64,000 nt of DNA from Paragordius varius (Eukaryota; Animalia; Nematomorpha). Positions within the stretch are counted from its first letter, which is position 1, and every line of letters begins with the position of its first letter. Below the pieces are notes generated by a model. That model had not been told where the DNA came from. It did not search any database and saw only the letters and a list, made by a program, of their open reading frames with translations. The stretch lies in the NCBI GenBank assembly GCA_964247055.1, contig OZ176057.1, positions 3,286,001-3,350,000 on the forward strand, given 5' to 3'. Below are positions 1-14,300 of this stretch, piece after piece. The position numbers and the translations under genes are program-made.

Positions 1-23
1 TCCTTTTTTCGGGTGCAAAATAA

Positions 24-55
<32 letters not shown>

Positions 56-426
56 TTATAATATCTTTCCAAATCTAAATAAAACCGCTATAAATATATA
101 CAATTATATATCATTGACAATTCCAATTTGATCAATTTAAATTCACCCAAAATTAAATTATATGTTTTTGGGCTAACTCATTATTAATATGAAATATATC
201 TTTATGACATTGTTTATAGTTTTTTTCAGTATTATTTAAGTTACTAACAAAATTTAATTTTTTAAAAATATAAAAAAATATAGTTAATATTTAATCTTAA
301 AAACAAATTTATTTTAGGGTGAATTTAAATTGTTGGGAATTGTTTAAGGGTGAATTTGAAGTGTTTATATATAAAAAATTTTTAATGAATTATTATATTT
401 TAACATTTTTATGATCATATATTTAG

Positions 427-3400
427 CCATATGATGAGGGATATTTGAAACAAAATGACATTAAATACCTGTCTTTTCACAGTTGGTTACGTAAATTGGC
501 TCATAACAATGATAAGTACGCTTTTTTATGCTTTTTTAACGTTATTTATATATTGATTTTCAAATAAACTTTTTATAGATATTTATATTGTTCATGTTAT
601 GTATAATTTATAATATTTTTGTTTTTAATTACTTTTGCAAAATTTTTCTGTATAAATTAAATATATGGGTTTGTAATGTGTTTTTGCAGATGATTATTAG
701 TGTAACATTTCATAAAATTTATGATGGAAAAAAATTAATTGGATATAAAAATTTAACCCTGATAATAATCAAGGAACATTCAATATTTTTCATTTCCCCG
801 AATGCTGTATGTATATTAGAAAAAATTTGGTATTGGAACCGTTGAAATGCAAACTAAATTCGAATGGGGGACTTTTATGCAAAAATCATGCACCTTACCC
901 CCAAGGAATTTGCTCAAATTGTCAACCATCTGCTATTACACTTACTGGACAAGTATTCTTATTTTATTATATCCCCCCAAGACAAATAAAGCGTTTCTAT
1001 TAACTGGAAAAACGTTTGGATAGATTGGGAAAATATTTGGTTAGAATGGGAAAATTATGTTTGTTTCGATTAATGAGTAATATATATTTGGATTGAGTGG
1101 TATTATGATTGCTTATGATAAGTGCTTAATTAACAATGGTAAAAGTTTTGATTGGATGGGCTATTTGATTTGATTCGGTTGGGCAAATATTTAGTCTGAA
1201 TAGGAAAATGTTTGATATGGAAAAAAATATTAGTAAGCAAGAAATATGTTTGAATAGATGAGAATTTTTGATTTCATTTGATAGATGGTTAATTAAGAAT
1301 GATAAATGACTTGATTGAATGAGAAATATGTTTTGATTCAGTGAAATATTTGGATCGATTAAGCAATATGATTAATCTGAATACAAAATATGTTTTATAA
1401 GAATGGGGAAATGTTTGAACATTGCTCAAAATTGAATTAGTTGTTATGGTTCTTTTCTTAAAATTATAAATAAAGTAGTAAAGGCTGTTATTTTTTTGGA
1501 CTATAATTTTTAAATCAAGTCGAAAATTATTTGGATTGAGTAAAACAATGGTTAGTGGGATCGTGTTTAATTGAGTTTCGTAGAATAAGAAAATGTTTTG
1601 ATGAATAAAAAATAGTTGGATAAAGTAAAAATGTTATTGCAAATGTGTTCAACCGAAAATTGTTTTTTATAAAACAGATGGTTGTTTTAATTTAAAAATA
1701 TATTATATGAATGGAAAACATTTCATAAAAGGAGGTATTATTTATTGATTAGAATGTAAAAATGTGATTAAGTAAGAAAAATATCTGATTAGAATAATGA
1801 TTTGATCGAGAAAATCATATATAAAATCATATTTTTTTGAAATCTGTTTTTATTAAAATTGAAGTTAGCTGAATTGAAATTGGTTTTTATTTTTGTTTTC
1901 CAATTGTTAGCGTCGCGTCTTCTATATTTTTGGTGCCGCAATGAAATTGTCTTACTTCTAGTACTGAGCCAGCTTTTCAAGGACACCCCGTCCTAGATTT
2001 TGAGCTTTTATTGAACCATATTATTATTTGAATAGGTTTTAGTCTTTTGGCCCGTAAGAGAAATCAGTGATTTTGTGAATTGTGTAGTTGATTCAATTGA
2101 TTGTTTATTATCAAAATGATAAAATTCGGGATGCGAACAAAAACCATTGTGTTGAGTATTTTGGATTCCGAAATTTGAACCAAGATTAGGCTTTTTATCT
2201 AATTTTTTTGGATTGACTCAATATAATAAATGTTTTATTGTGCGGAGACATGTTTTAGTTAAATGGAATGGTAAAACTGTTGTGAATTGAGGAAATATTA
2301 TTTTAATTAATTAAATAAAAACTGTTTTGGTAGATTTAATAATATAACAAGATTTTTACCTTTGACACTTACAATGCATTGTAGACGTACAGACATATTG
2401 ATAGTATTATGTTTGAAAATGCTGAAATCATTGATGATTTTTTGGATTTTTGGCGCAAAACTGGTTTCCAACGTATGGCATATCTCTACGGTTATTATGC
2501 TAAAATGTCAGAATCTAATTCAAATTTCGATAAAAATGATGTTTTGAATGCTAATAATTCTGAAAAAAATGTTGAAACTAATAAAATTGTTGTTAATCCA
2601 CCACTGGGTATACAAGCAGTTGTATGTGCCCTGTACGAACCTGATCAGGAATGTACTAGGGATGCTATTCAAATAATTCGTCCTGAACACCATCAAAACT
2701 CTTCTACTAATAGAAATATTATAACCCAGAAAAAGGATGTTGAAATGAATGGTAATTTAGTTATCTAATTATAAATATGTGGGAAATGATATAAGAAAAA
2801 AGTAAAAAAAATGACTTTTATCAATATAACTTTATATAGGGTACGTACAAAATTTTGCGGCGTTAAAGTGTGCATTTTTTATCATTTCTTTTTAAAACTC
2901 AACATTGGAATCTATAATTTTTAAAGGTCAAACACATAAATTAGTCAAAAATTGAAACTCTAACAGACAGTCGCTTAGCAGTTTTAAGATCATTATCATT
3001 TTTTTATGATGAATAAAGCAAAACGAAATAAAAAAAATCATACCATAAATAAGTTATCTAATTTTAGCTACAGGTGACAAACATATCTATTATAAAACAT
3101 GTCAAACGACTGCCCAACTTTTATAATTACTTTTGCATACTAAAAATTATTTGGGGTTTTTTTTAACTAAAATACCAAATTAAAAAAATGCCTTTTTTAA
3201 AGCTCAAAATTTAACACATTTTATATATTTACCTATATTTTCAACAATAATAAAGATGGTAACAATAATGAAGGTGATAGGACGCCATCTTCGGGCTCGA
3301 CAAACAGCTGGTATCCACCTCGAAGTGATCAAGGTTTAGTTTATTTAGTTTAGTTTTTGGACAAAATTATATATATGGACCACAAAACGTATCCAAATTA

Positions 3401-6400
3401 TAAAAAATATATATATGTTTTGTTTTTAGAAACTATATTTTTAACTTTTATTATTTTAAGTTATATAGCTTTGGGTTGGTTGTAAAATGAGGAGTCTAAT
3501 AAAAGAAAACTTTATTTTTTTAAAATCTTATTTTTTATTGATATATCTATCGCTTTGGGTTGGTTGTGAAATAAAAATAGAGATGAATTGATAACAATTA
3601 ATTTTTTTAGTTATGTATGTGTATATATAGAAAAAACCCATGGATAAAAACGGGTTTCTCTACATAAAGATAATTTTTTACTTTTTTTTAATATCACATT
3701 AACTTTTTTATTCCATATTTATGATTATCAATTTTAAATAATTTTGCAATTATTCTATTTCTATACTATATATATATATATATATATATTAGTGGATAAA
3801 ACAGCTGATTACATAGCCCGAAAATTGGGGCTCCAATGCATAGGATGGATATTTACTGATCTCCTACCCAAAAAACGCAATAAAAAGAACAAGAAATCTA
3901 AAAATAATAATAATAATCCAGAAAATTCTGAAAATTTGGGTATATTAGACTATTTGTGTTTTTATAAAATTTATGTCACATGCGCCATATAAGATTATGA
4001 TGGTTTCTTTTGTGTTAATTTTCTTTGTCTATTATATCAATTTATAATTATTAATTTGTCACACATTTGAATTCATTTTAATTATTCTTTGTTAAACATT
4101 ATTTAGGTTATTATTTTTTTAACAACTCCTGATGATGCCATTGGGCGAAAAATTAAGTTTTTAATAAATTTATTTTTATTTCCTACATTATTCATGACGT
4201 TATAATACGAATCTTAATAAAGGGATAATTCTATTAAACAATTGTTTTTAAAGGAAAAATTGGTAAAATAAATAATATAGCGTTTCATATTGTGTTCCTA
4301 CTGCTTTTTACAGTTTTATTTTTGAAATCTTATTTCCCATACAATTTATGCTGAAAATATGGGCTGGGCCGCAGACAACCCTGATCTATAATAATTGGAT
4401 ATAAATTTTTATTTAGAAAAAACTAAATATACCATTTACACTTCAAATTCACCCTTGAACAATTCAAATTCACCCTTGAACAATTCAAATTCACCCTTGA
4501 ACAATTTAAATTCACCTTTGAACAATTCCAATTTACCCTAAAAATAAATTATGTGTTTTTGAACTAATATAACTCATTTTTAATATGAAATATATGTTTA
4601 TAATATAGTTTATTATTTTTTCAGTATTATTTTAATTTAAAACAAAATTTTTATTTTTAAAAAAATATATAAAATATAGGTGTCTTAAAAAACATATATT
4701 TTATTTGAGGGTGAATTTGAATTATTCGAGGGTGAATTTGAATTGATCAAGGGTGAATTTGATTGTTCAAGGGTGAATTTGAATTGTTCAAGGGTGAATT
4801 TGAATTGTTCAAGGGTGAATTGAATTGCAAATGGTATATGTTTAAGATCTAATTTTTTATATCATGTAAGTTGTTTGTTAAATATGATTCCTCATTATTT
4901 ATAGACTATAGTATGTATAAAAACATTACGATTATTTTATTTTATATTTACTGTATTCTCAAATTTTTTTATTTTTATTTCCATTTGCAGATGATGAAAC
5001 TGAAGAAAGCATTGTTGGAAAAGTTCAATGTTTACGGAATAAGGTTATATTTTACTTTTTATTTTAATTAGTTTTTTTTTGTAAAAAATATTTCTAAATA
5101 AACAAGTTTTTTTTTACCTTAAAAATTATTAACAATTTTTTTTATGATTTGTTTATAAAACAAATATATACTTAACATTTTTATAATACATCTTCATATC
5201 ACATACATAAGTTAATAAATTTATAATTGTGATAAAAAAGAAAAAATTAAATTGTAAATACGTATATTGTAGGATACCTATTTTCTCAGTGGAACAGAGT
5301 GTATGATATCAGCTGATTTCCAAAACAATCACCCCAACATTTGTAAATACTCTTCCACAGGTGTCTTTGGTTCCAAATTTGTTACCGTTGTTGTTTCTGG
5401 TAAAAATATAAATTTTATAATTTTTAGAAAGACAGATAGATGGCTGTTTTAATTCACTTGATATCCTGTAAATGAAATTATTACATATAATAAAACTAGA
5501 CTTTGTTAAAACTGATAAAATATTTATATTTTTTTTTGATTGGTAAATACTATCATATACTGTTATTCGTATATGTTAAATTTTGATAAAAATTTGTTTC
5601 TCACCGTTGAATTTTACGATCCAAAATTACGGCCTGCCAAGCGATTTAAATCTTATTTTATATTTGTCATTCTATTCAAACGATTCTTGTTTTTTTTGGA
5701 ATAAAAAGAAGGCATACAACAATTTTTTATACTTATCTATCTTTTTATATCTGCTTATATTTTTGTGATATTTTATATCTACACTCTCTTGATATATTAA
5801 TAATGTGCTTAAATATTTAAAAAGGTGGAACCACAAAGTATGAATTTTAATGGTTGCTTATTTTACACTATAGTTGGGGGCAATTTGCAACACAGTAGTG
5901 TAGTATGGAAAAAACAACAAAATGTTGAATAAACAATTATTTCCTTTCTTTTTTCCCATACACTACTGTTTTGAAAATCGCCCGCCCTAATATAGTGTGA
6001 AATAAGTAAACATTAAACATACTGTATATTACAAAAAAATTGAAACCGGAACACACCTACACCATATATGTGATTAAAAACATGTCTTTTATTTTCTCGA
6101 AAAATTCGGTTAGAGTTGAAATTTGCTAACATATGATCAGAGCTAGGTTTTTTTTAGAAAAATCGTGGTTGGAAACCATAAATTCATATAATGAACTGTT
6201 TTTGCTAACAAATAAATGGGATCATAAATAATTTTTTATAAAAAAAATGGTTTATACCAGTATGTCAAACATTATATAACTAAAAATATTTTTTAGAATA
6301 TTTTTCAACTAGAATTGACATATGAACTCAGAAAACTTTTTTTAGCCAAAACAATTATTTATTTTATAAAAAATGGTTATAAATCTTTATGAGCGTAAAT

Positions 6401-9400
6401 ATTTTTTTTGCGTCAGGTGATTTGAATGAAACTATTCACCTCGAAGGATATCAAATCAGTGAACAGGGTTGTGCTTTGGTGAAAGATGATTGCATGCTTC
6501 CTGTCACGTGTCGCCCCGATCTGGGTTGGATAAAAGCGCCATCTGCCCAACAATTTACACCCGACGTTTATTACAAGGTAGGGAGAGGTGTTTTGAAGTT
6601 AGCATTGGGTTTATATATACGGCATTCTGACTGCTTATTCTGTTTTTTGTAACAAATTTATTTTTGAGACCATTTTATATTTACACTAAATAAACGTTAA
6701 ATTGGGTTTTTACTGGTCTAATATCATGTTTACTTTATAATGACAATCATACTTTTTTTGACCCTGATTTTGTCCACATATGTAGTATAAAAAAATATGT
6801 TATTTTATTTTGCGCAAAACATAAATCGATAATTGTACCATAATTGAAAAATTATTAAAATTCTTTATAAATTCAATATTTACTTATATAGTGACGAGTA
6901 ATATTATATGCTATATATCTGTGCTTGCTTTATGGCTAAAATGGTGTATAATTTACATGACAGTAGCAATGTATACTAATTTTCGTTTTTATATTATTTT
7001 TAACATTTTATTTATCTTCGAAGATTATGGATAAAAAATAAAATGCGTTGTTTATAATTAAATAAATATGTAATTAATATGAAAATGACAATTGTCACAT
7101 ACATGCATGATACCCTTATATGGTCTCTAATAGTGCTCATTTAAATTTTCATTTAAAGGCAAAAAACTCGTATGGATATGAGGTGATAAAAAAAGCTAAT
7201 GGTTCAACATTTCCCATTGATTTCCTACTCATAAATATCCCAGCAAGGCAACCCAAAGTACCCAAATATACCTTCTCTCACCATAGGGAAAAAGCTATTA
7301 ACTCTAATAATCTACTTCCAAATGGTTTTCCCATAGAGAATCGTATAAAATATTTGGATGAAAATCAGGTTTAATACATGCCTTACTTTTGTTTCGTGTA
7401 AAAATTTTATGTTTTATATACGTATTTTAGAAATGGCATGTGTGTTTTAAAAGAATTTTCTTTTTTTTCCTATAATGTGTTTGCGAATCAATAAATCGTA
7501 AAAAATGTTTTCTTATCAATTTAGTGTTGCGTTTGAAACAGTAGTTGTTTGCCAAAATTTTTAAGTTAACATTTTTTATGTTAAATTAAAATGAATCATT
7601 TTTCTTATTTTTCTATATTTAAAAAATTAATGGCATTTTAAAAAATGTGTAAATATAATTACACACAATCGTTTTACCGTTAAACATTGAAATATAAATT
7701 GTATACTAATGTATAATTATATATCATTTCTCAATCAAAAGCAACATTTATTAACCTAACGCGACAATTTTCATAGCAAACAACTGAAAAAATGTTGCGT
7801 TTGCTTGAAAAATGGTATATTTTTACAGGATTTAAAGCGAATCTTATGCACTAAGGAGTGGAAATTTTTAAATATTTCAATTGTATAAATATTTAAATAT
7901 ATATTTTTTTGTGACATATAGACGTTTTATTCCTTTGCACATTATGTCAAACCGTATTTGCAAAAAAACCTAAAGGATTCTGATGCCTCTGCCATATGCC
8001 TTATGAATGCATTAAATAATTTTCATGTCCTTATTTTTTTGGCTAACATGGATATATTACCGATGAAGGTAGTTTTGAAATACATACTTCTCAATTTTTT
8101 AATGTTTAGATTTCATATTTTTAAACTTATATATGGGATAATTTTTAATGTAATTAAAAATATAATTTTAAATAAAATTTTTAGGGTTATAATAACAAAA
8201 ATTTTTAAAAACTGTAAAAATTTTTTGAAAAAAAAAACGGGCACTTAAGATTTGTAAAAGAACGCTTTGAATAAATATTTTTATAATAATTTCATTAAAG
8301 TTACCTATTTATATAAAAAAAGATTTAAATTTTTTTTATTTTTTTTTCTTAGGAAAATTTGGAAACACTGTTATTAGCGCTCAAGGAAAAGGATTTAAAT
8401 TGTTTTTTGGAATGGACTTTGAGTGATAATTGGTTAACTTTACAAAAGTTAATCGAAATGGAAGGTATATATATTTATTTACACATTCATTATGAAAAAA
8501 AATACACTTAGTTAATATAGACATGCTCAAGTTTTTCAAAAAAAATTAAAAAATAGACTTAAAAACACCCCTATGTTTTGGTAAAAATATTTACCCATAT
8601 TTTTGGAGTTTAAATCTATATATATATATCATTACAATTCAAATTTACCCTTGAAAAATTCAAATTCACCCTAAAAATAAATTATGTGTATTTCAACTAT
8701 AATAATTCCTCAGTATGAAATATATCTTTATGGCATAGTTTATTATTTCTTCAGTATTATTTTAATTTAAAACAAAATTTTTATTTTTGAAATTATATAG
8801 GTATTTTTTAATCTTGAAAAACATATATTTTATTTAAGGGTGAGTTTGAATTGTTCGAGGGTAAATTTGAATTGTTCAAGGGTGAAATTGAATTGTAAAA
8901 GGTATATCATTACAACTGTGAATAGTATATTAGAGATGTAAACATAATCACTCTATTTTATCTGTCCCTCAACCATAATCATAAAATTATACGACATGTA
9001 CAAGAAATTAGGGATTTAATAATCACGAGTGATTGAAATTACACAAACAAAACGTAAAAACATATAGACAAGTTTTTATTTTTTTAAAGACAACCATATT
9101 TTTTAAACCTAAATTTTTCCATATATATATGTAAATTATTAATAATTCTAAAATATGTAATATATATAAATAATTTATAGCTCTACTTCATAATTGGCAG
9201 TTTAAAACAATGAGTTACCTCTCAAAAAAACAAGTTTAAAAAAGTACAACAATCTTTAAAAAAAATATATTTGTCTTTACTTCACATTTTGTCTGTATAG
9301 TTTCTATATTTACTGTAAATGTGACAGGTGTTTATATTTTGATTTATATTGGTCTGTTTTAACAAAAAATGGATTAATACTATTGCTATTTACTACCTAT

Positions 9401-11342
9401 ATTTTAGATTTTTTATAAAATATATTTATATAGTGTGCATTTTAATAGTTTCTTATTTCACACTATAGTTGTGCAATTTGCAACACAGTAGTATATGGAA
9501 AAAAGCAAGGAAAGAAATGTTTATTCAACATTTTTTTGTTTTTCCCATACACTAATGTGTTGCAAATCACTTAACTATAGTGTAAAATAAACCATTAAAA
9601 TGCATACTGTATATATGTATATTTCACATTTCTTTTATGGTTTTATTTTAAAATATTTGAAGATATACATAATAAAGCCTATTAAAATCTCTTCTAAACA
9701 ACAAAATAGGCTAAATTTTTTCTTTTCTATTTATCATTTATATTTACTACTTACCTATATTACAATTGGGAATAAAATGGAGAAATACCAATTTATATAT
9801 CTATCCCTTATTGCAAAACCATCAGAATCAAAAAATATGGTGTTTACTTTATCAATATTTAGTTTTTTAGGTATAATCTCGATATTTTCAATTTAAATGT
9901 GTCAATCTAATTTTTCCCGACACTACGATGTTAATATAAGAAAGGCAAGGTTTATAATTATGATTGAAAAATATATTAGTTTATTGAGTCTTGACCTTGT
10001 CTTTTTTATTTTTAATGTTTATCTTTTTTTTCTTATTTCTTAGCTCAAAACTAAAGGTTATTTACTAAAAATTTTAGGGTTAAAAATATCTTTTTTGTCA
10101 AAAAATATTAATTATCATGTTTTGTGTTTAATTATGTGATTTGATATATATATATATTCCTTACTTTTCAAAATTATGTGTTGTTTATAAAAATAATGGA
10201 TATGGCTTTTTTGATAAAAAAACAACTGCCTATAACTTTTACAATTATAAGCTCGTAAAGTTTGCAACTATAGAGTATAAATAATAATCAAGGGAAAAAA
10301 ACTATTCTTTTTTCTTTTAATACATAATAAAAATATATATATCTGTGTTTTATAATTTTAACTTTTCAGTTAATTTTTTTTGGTTATATAAGCTCCTGAC
10401 ATTGCTTCCCCTCAACATTTTGATGATCAAAATTTTTCATCAAACACTGGAGAATTATTTCCCCAAAAACATTTTCAAGCCAAGCCCTACCATGAACATT
10501 TCAATTATTCGGCTCATCAAATAACGTCATCAAACACCGGTAAAGAGTTTGATCTGAATCAAAATTTTGATTCTGACACTTTAAATGAAAATCAAGCTAC
10601 AACATCATCGAAATTATCCAATAATAATAATAATTTTAATAATAGCAATAGCAATAAAACTTACGCAAATAGTGATACTACTTTACTGGGCAAAAATACT
10701 CTTAAATCGACCGATATTACAGACGGGTAACTTAGATTTAGTTTTAATTTGTTTTAAATTAGTTCATACCCTGTGAGTGAAAATAAATATATTCAAATTT
10801 AATTTTCAGAATTTAAAATGGTTTCTTACATTATAGTTGGTCAATTTGCAAAACAGTAGTGTATGGATTAAAGAAAGAAAAAATTGTTAATTCAACATTT
10901 TGTTGCTTTTTCCCTACACTAATAGTGTGAAATAAGCAACCATTAAAATGTATTTTACAGTAACTTTCAAAAGTTTTGAAATAAGAATTAAACGCATTTT
11001 TTTGCACCAAATTACTTATTAATGTTATTTGGCAATGATTATTAAAAAAATTTTTGAATTTTATTTTTTTTATAAAAAAAATAACGACAAAAAATGAATA
11101 TAGATAATTTTTTTGATTTAAAACTTTCTCAATATAAATGATTAGATATAATCAAAATCCTAAATTCTTATGAAATTTAATCATTTTTATATTTTTTGAA
11201 AAATGTAAAAGTATATAATCCTCCTAAAAAAATTATATATTTTGTTTAACATATAAAACACATCTTTTAGATCAGGGGTGTTTAACACTAATGGCTTTAC
11301 GGGCCGCCTTTTTACCTCATAAATCCCACCAGCCACATTACA

Positions 11343-11376
<34 letters not shown>

Positions 11377-14300
11377 ACATATATAGGCTTGACAAAAATT
11401 TTATAAGATATTAAACATAAAAGACTGTAAATTGCTAACACAATATAGCAATTTTTTCTAATTCTTGCCAATTAAAAATATTATATAAGAAATATCAATT
11501 TTATTAAGATAAGATTTGATGACCATCTTTTTGTAATTTGTGGATTTCCAAATTTTCCGCGCGCCGAATGTTAAATACCCCCTGTTTACGATAAATATGA
11601 AATGTTTAAGGATACACTTATATATACATATATATATATATTTATGTTATAATAATATTACAGCACTAAACAAAGCTATAATCTGAGAAAACGTAGCACA
11701 CAAACTGCTAATCAATCGGTAAATTTTTAAGTTATCAAAAAAATATTGTTTGCGTTTTAATTTATGCTTTTTGTAAAAAAGTTTTATTATCTAGTAAAAA
11801 TTAATGTGTAAAGACTTAAAAGATATTGACAAAAAATTTTTTTAAGGAATTTATATTTTTTAACGTTGCTTTGTTATTATTGTAATGTTAGTGAATAAAG
11901 TGGATTCTTTTACATAAAAATATGAGTCTTATTAATGTTTGTGTTTCCTTGTTATATTAATTTTTATTGTCGTAAATTTTTGGAAATTTATTTATTTGCA
12001 TTTTAAATCTTTAATTTTAATAATTTACATATTGTTAAACTAACATATATTATATAGAATACGGAAACTAGTGAGAAAACGCGTCGAATACCCAATGATA
12101 AAACAAAGTAAAATATTTTTATGTATATCATTCAAAAATTTATAGTTATACTAATATAATATGATAATGTATATTATAAAGCCTGGAAGAATAATTAAAT
12201 ACAGTAAAAATTGAAATTATACGGACAAAAGGTAAAAATATAAAGACAAATATTTTTTTCTAAAATACAACCATACTTTTTAAATCTTGATTATTTTTGA
12301 ATATAACATATTGTTTTAAATTCCAAAGTTTAGAATAGAGACGTATATTGGTAATATAATCAATTACATATTTTACGATTGTTAAATGTTTTAAATAAGA
12401 TAAATTAGGGTTTGAAAAAGTATGGTTGTGTCTTGAAAAAAATGTTTATCTTTATTTACGTTTTGTCCGTATAAATTAAATTTTTACTGTATATATATAA
12501 GTCATAACATAATATGTTTTAGATATGTTAATTAATACCACAAATTTTACCATAAAAGAGTATGCCATTTTTATTGGCATATTCTTAAATCTATCATAAA
12601 CTAGGCTGTTTTGTTAAAGATAAAAGATTTTCATATACACTATATAACATTCTGCTTGTATTAGGAAATAAATCTATATTGATTAATTTATATTATTTTC
12701 AATCCAAATTTCTGGGTAAATTTGGATTGAAAATCGTAGATATTTGGATTGGATTTTATGCGAAAATAATTGCGCTCAACTCTTGACCTTTTTGCGGTGA
12801 GATTAAAGAGTAGATTTTGTCGCTAGCCATGTTTCTGTTTTATATTGACAAAGCGTATAGCGCTGATGAAAATCTTAAACTTAGAATAATGGATGTTTTT
12901 TATTAACTAGAGTGGGTGCAACTTGTTACTTTTACCAGCCTTCTTCGAGTCTATCGATATATAGCAGAATTGCTATAATGTATAAGTAAAATAAATGTTG
13001 ACTAGGGATGTGGAGATGCATAGTTTGTTGTGTTTGTTGTTTAATTCTTCTTTTACGGATTTTCGCTTAAGATCAAATATTGTTTACTCATCGACCATAT
13101 ATTTATACTTTCCTTTATTAAAGTTAATATTCAACTGTCATTTGATTTATTTTAAGATTTTCGTTTTACGAAATCATGATTAAAAGTTTTATTTTGAAAC
13201 TGTGTTCACACAGCTGGGAACAAGGGATATAAAAAGTAAATCATTTTTGGTCCCTTTTTAAAGGGAAGAATGAATTTATACAAATTCCCCAGAATTGTGT
13301 TTAACTGTATTCATATAGCTTCTTAAGTTTTTTTTGAAAATTAGCTCTTTTGAACCAGTAGACCCCTACCCATAGACCTATGCTGAAAAAGCGTTGAGAT
13401 GCTTTGCCCTTATAGGGCAAATATTTGGAATCATCTTATATACCATCGTCTCATGGGTTTTTCGAAAAAATACCTTAAAACCAAAACATTCTATGGTAGA
13501 GCATTTTTCAGGGCAAGAGCTTAATTAAGGGATAAAATAAAACCGCTCTAGTTAAATTTTTGCGGGTAATATTCAAGACAGCCCTTATTGATTTCATATG
13601 GCCTGATAAGTTATCTAAAATTTGCCTCCAAAGTCTCGCTGTATCGATATGGTGTCACAGTTTTAAGTAGGTAGCCCCCTCTTCAGAAGGCAATATAAAA
13701 AAGACGTTTAATAAAAAATTTTGCCTTTATAGGAAAATATCTGAAATCATCATTTATTCCATATATTCTTAATAGTTTTTGGGAAAATTGCCTCAGAACC
13801 AAAAAGTTATTATATGGTGGCGCATTTTCGCAAGGGCCTAATTAAGGGGTATAAAAAAACCGCTCGACAAATTTTTCCTTTTTACGGGTAATATTACACC
13901 TTATTAAAGTTATATGGCCTGATAAATTTTTTGAAAAATAACAAAATTCGATAAAGTGGCGCAGTTTTAGATGGGTAGCTTTCTACACAGATGCCGATAC
14001 AAAAAGCGCTTGATTATAATTTTTGCCTTTTTACGGAGAATACCTGGTATCATGATTGATTTCATATGCTCTCATTAGTTTTTAGAAAAATTGCCTCAAA
14101 ACTAAAAAATCATTCTATGGTGGCTCATTTTTCTGGGCGTGAAGAGCCTAATTAACTGCTAATTAAAAAAACCTGTACGACCTAAATTTTGCCTTGTAAT
14201 GGGTAATATTTGAAGCACCTATTAAATATGGCCCGATGGGTTTTTTGAAATTTAGCCCCAAAGGCACGCTATTTCAATATGACGGGGCAGTTTTTAGCGG

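Noticed and set aside
690-819. Possible NPL4 exon at 690-806 followed by a 13-nt GTATGTATATTAG mini-intron
   Set aside because: No phase-compatible open frame joins it to the flanking NPL4 exons (stops at 691, 746 and 766); direct splicing 515 to 820 already restores the conserved sequence.
1789-2050. Minus-strand ORF with a basic stretch (RHQKYRRRDAN) that might be a Tc1 transposase fragment
   Set aside because: Too short, with no recognisable catalytic or HTH motif; not supportable.
4440-4830. 21-bp tandem arrays (also 47450-47620) superficially resembling CRISPR repeats
   Set aside because: The units are head-to-tail with no unique spacers, sit in inverted MITE arms, and there are no cas genes; the DNA is eukaryotic.
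7829-7888. Candidate NPL4 exon after TTTTACAG (DLKRILCTKEW..)
   Set aside because: It runs into a stop with no suitable donor and lacks NPL4 similarity; the exon at 7922 fits instead.
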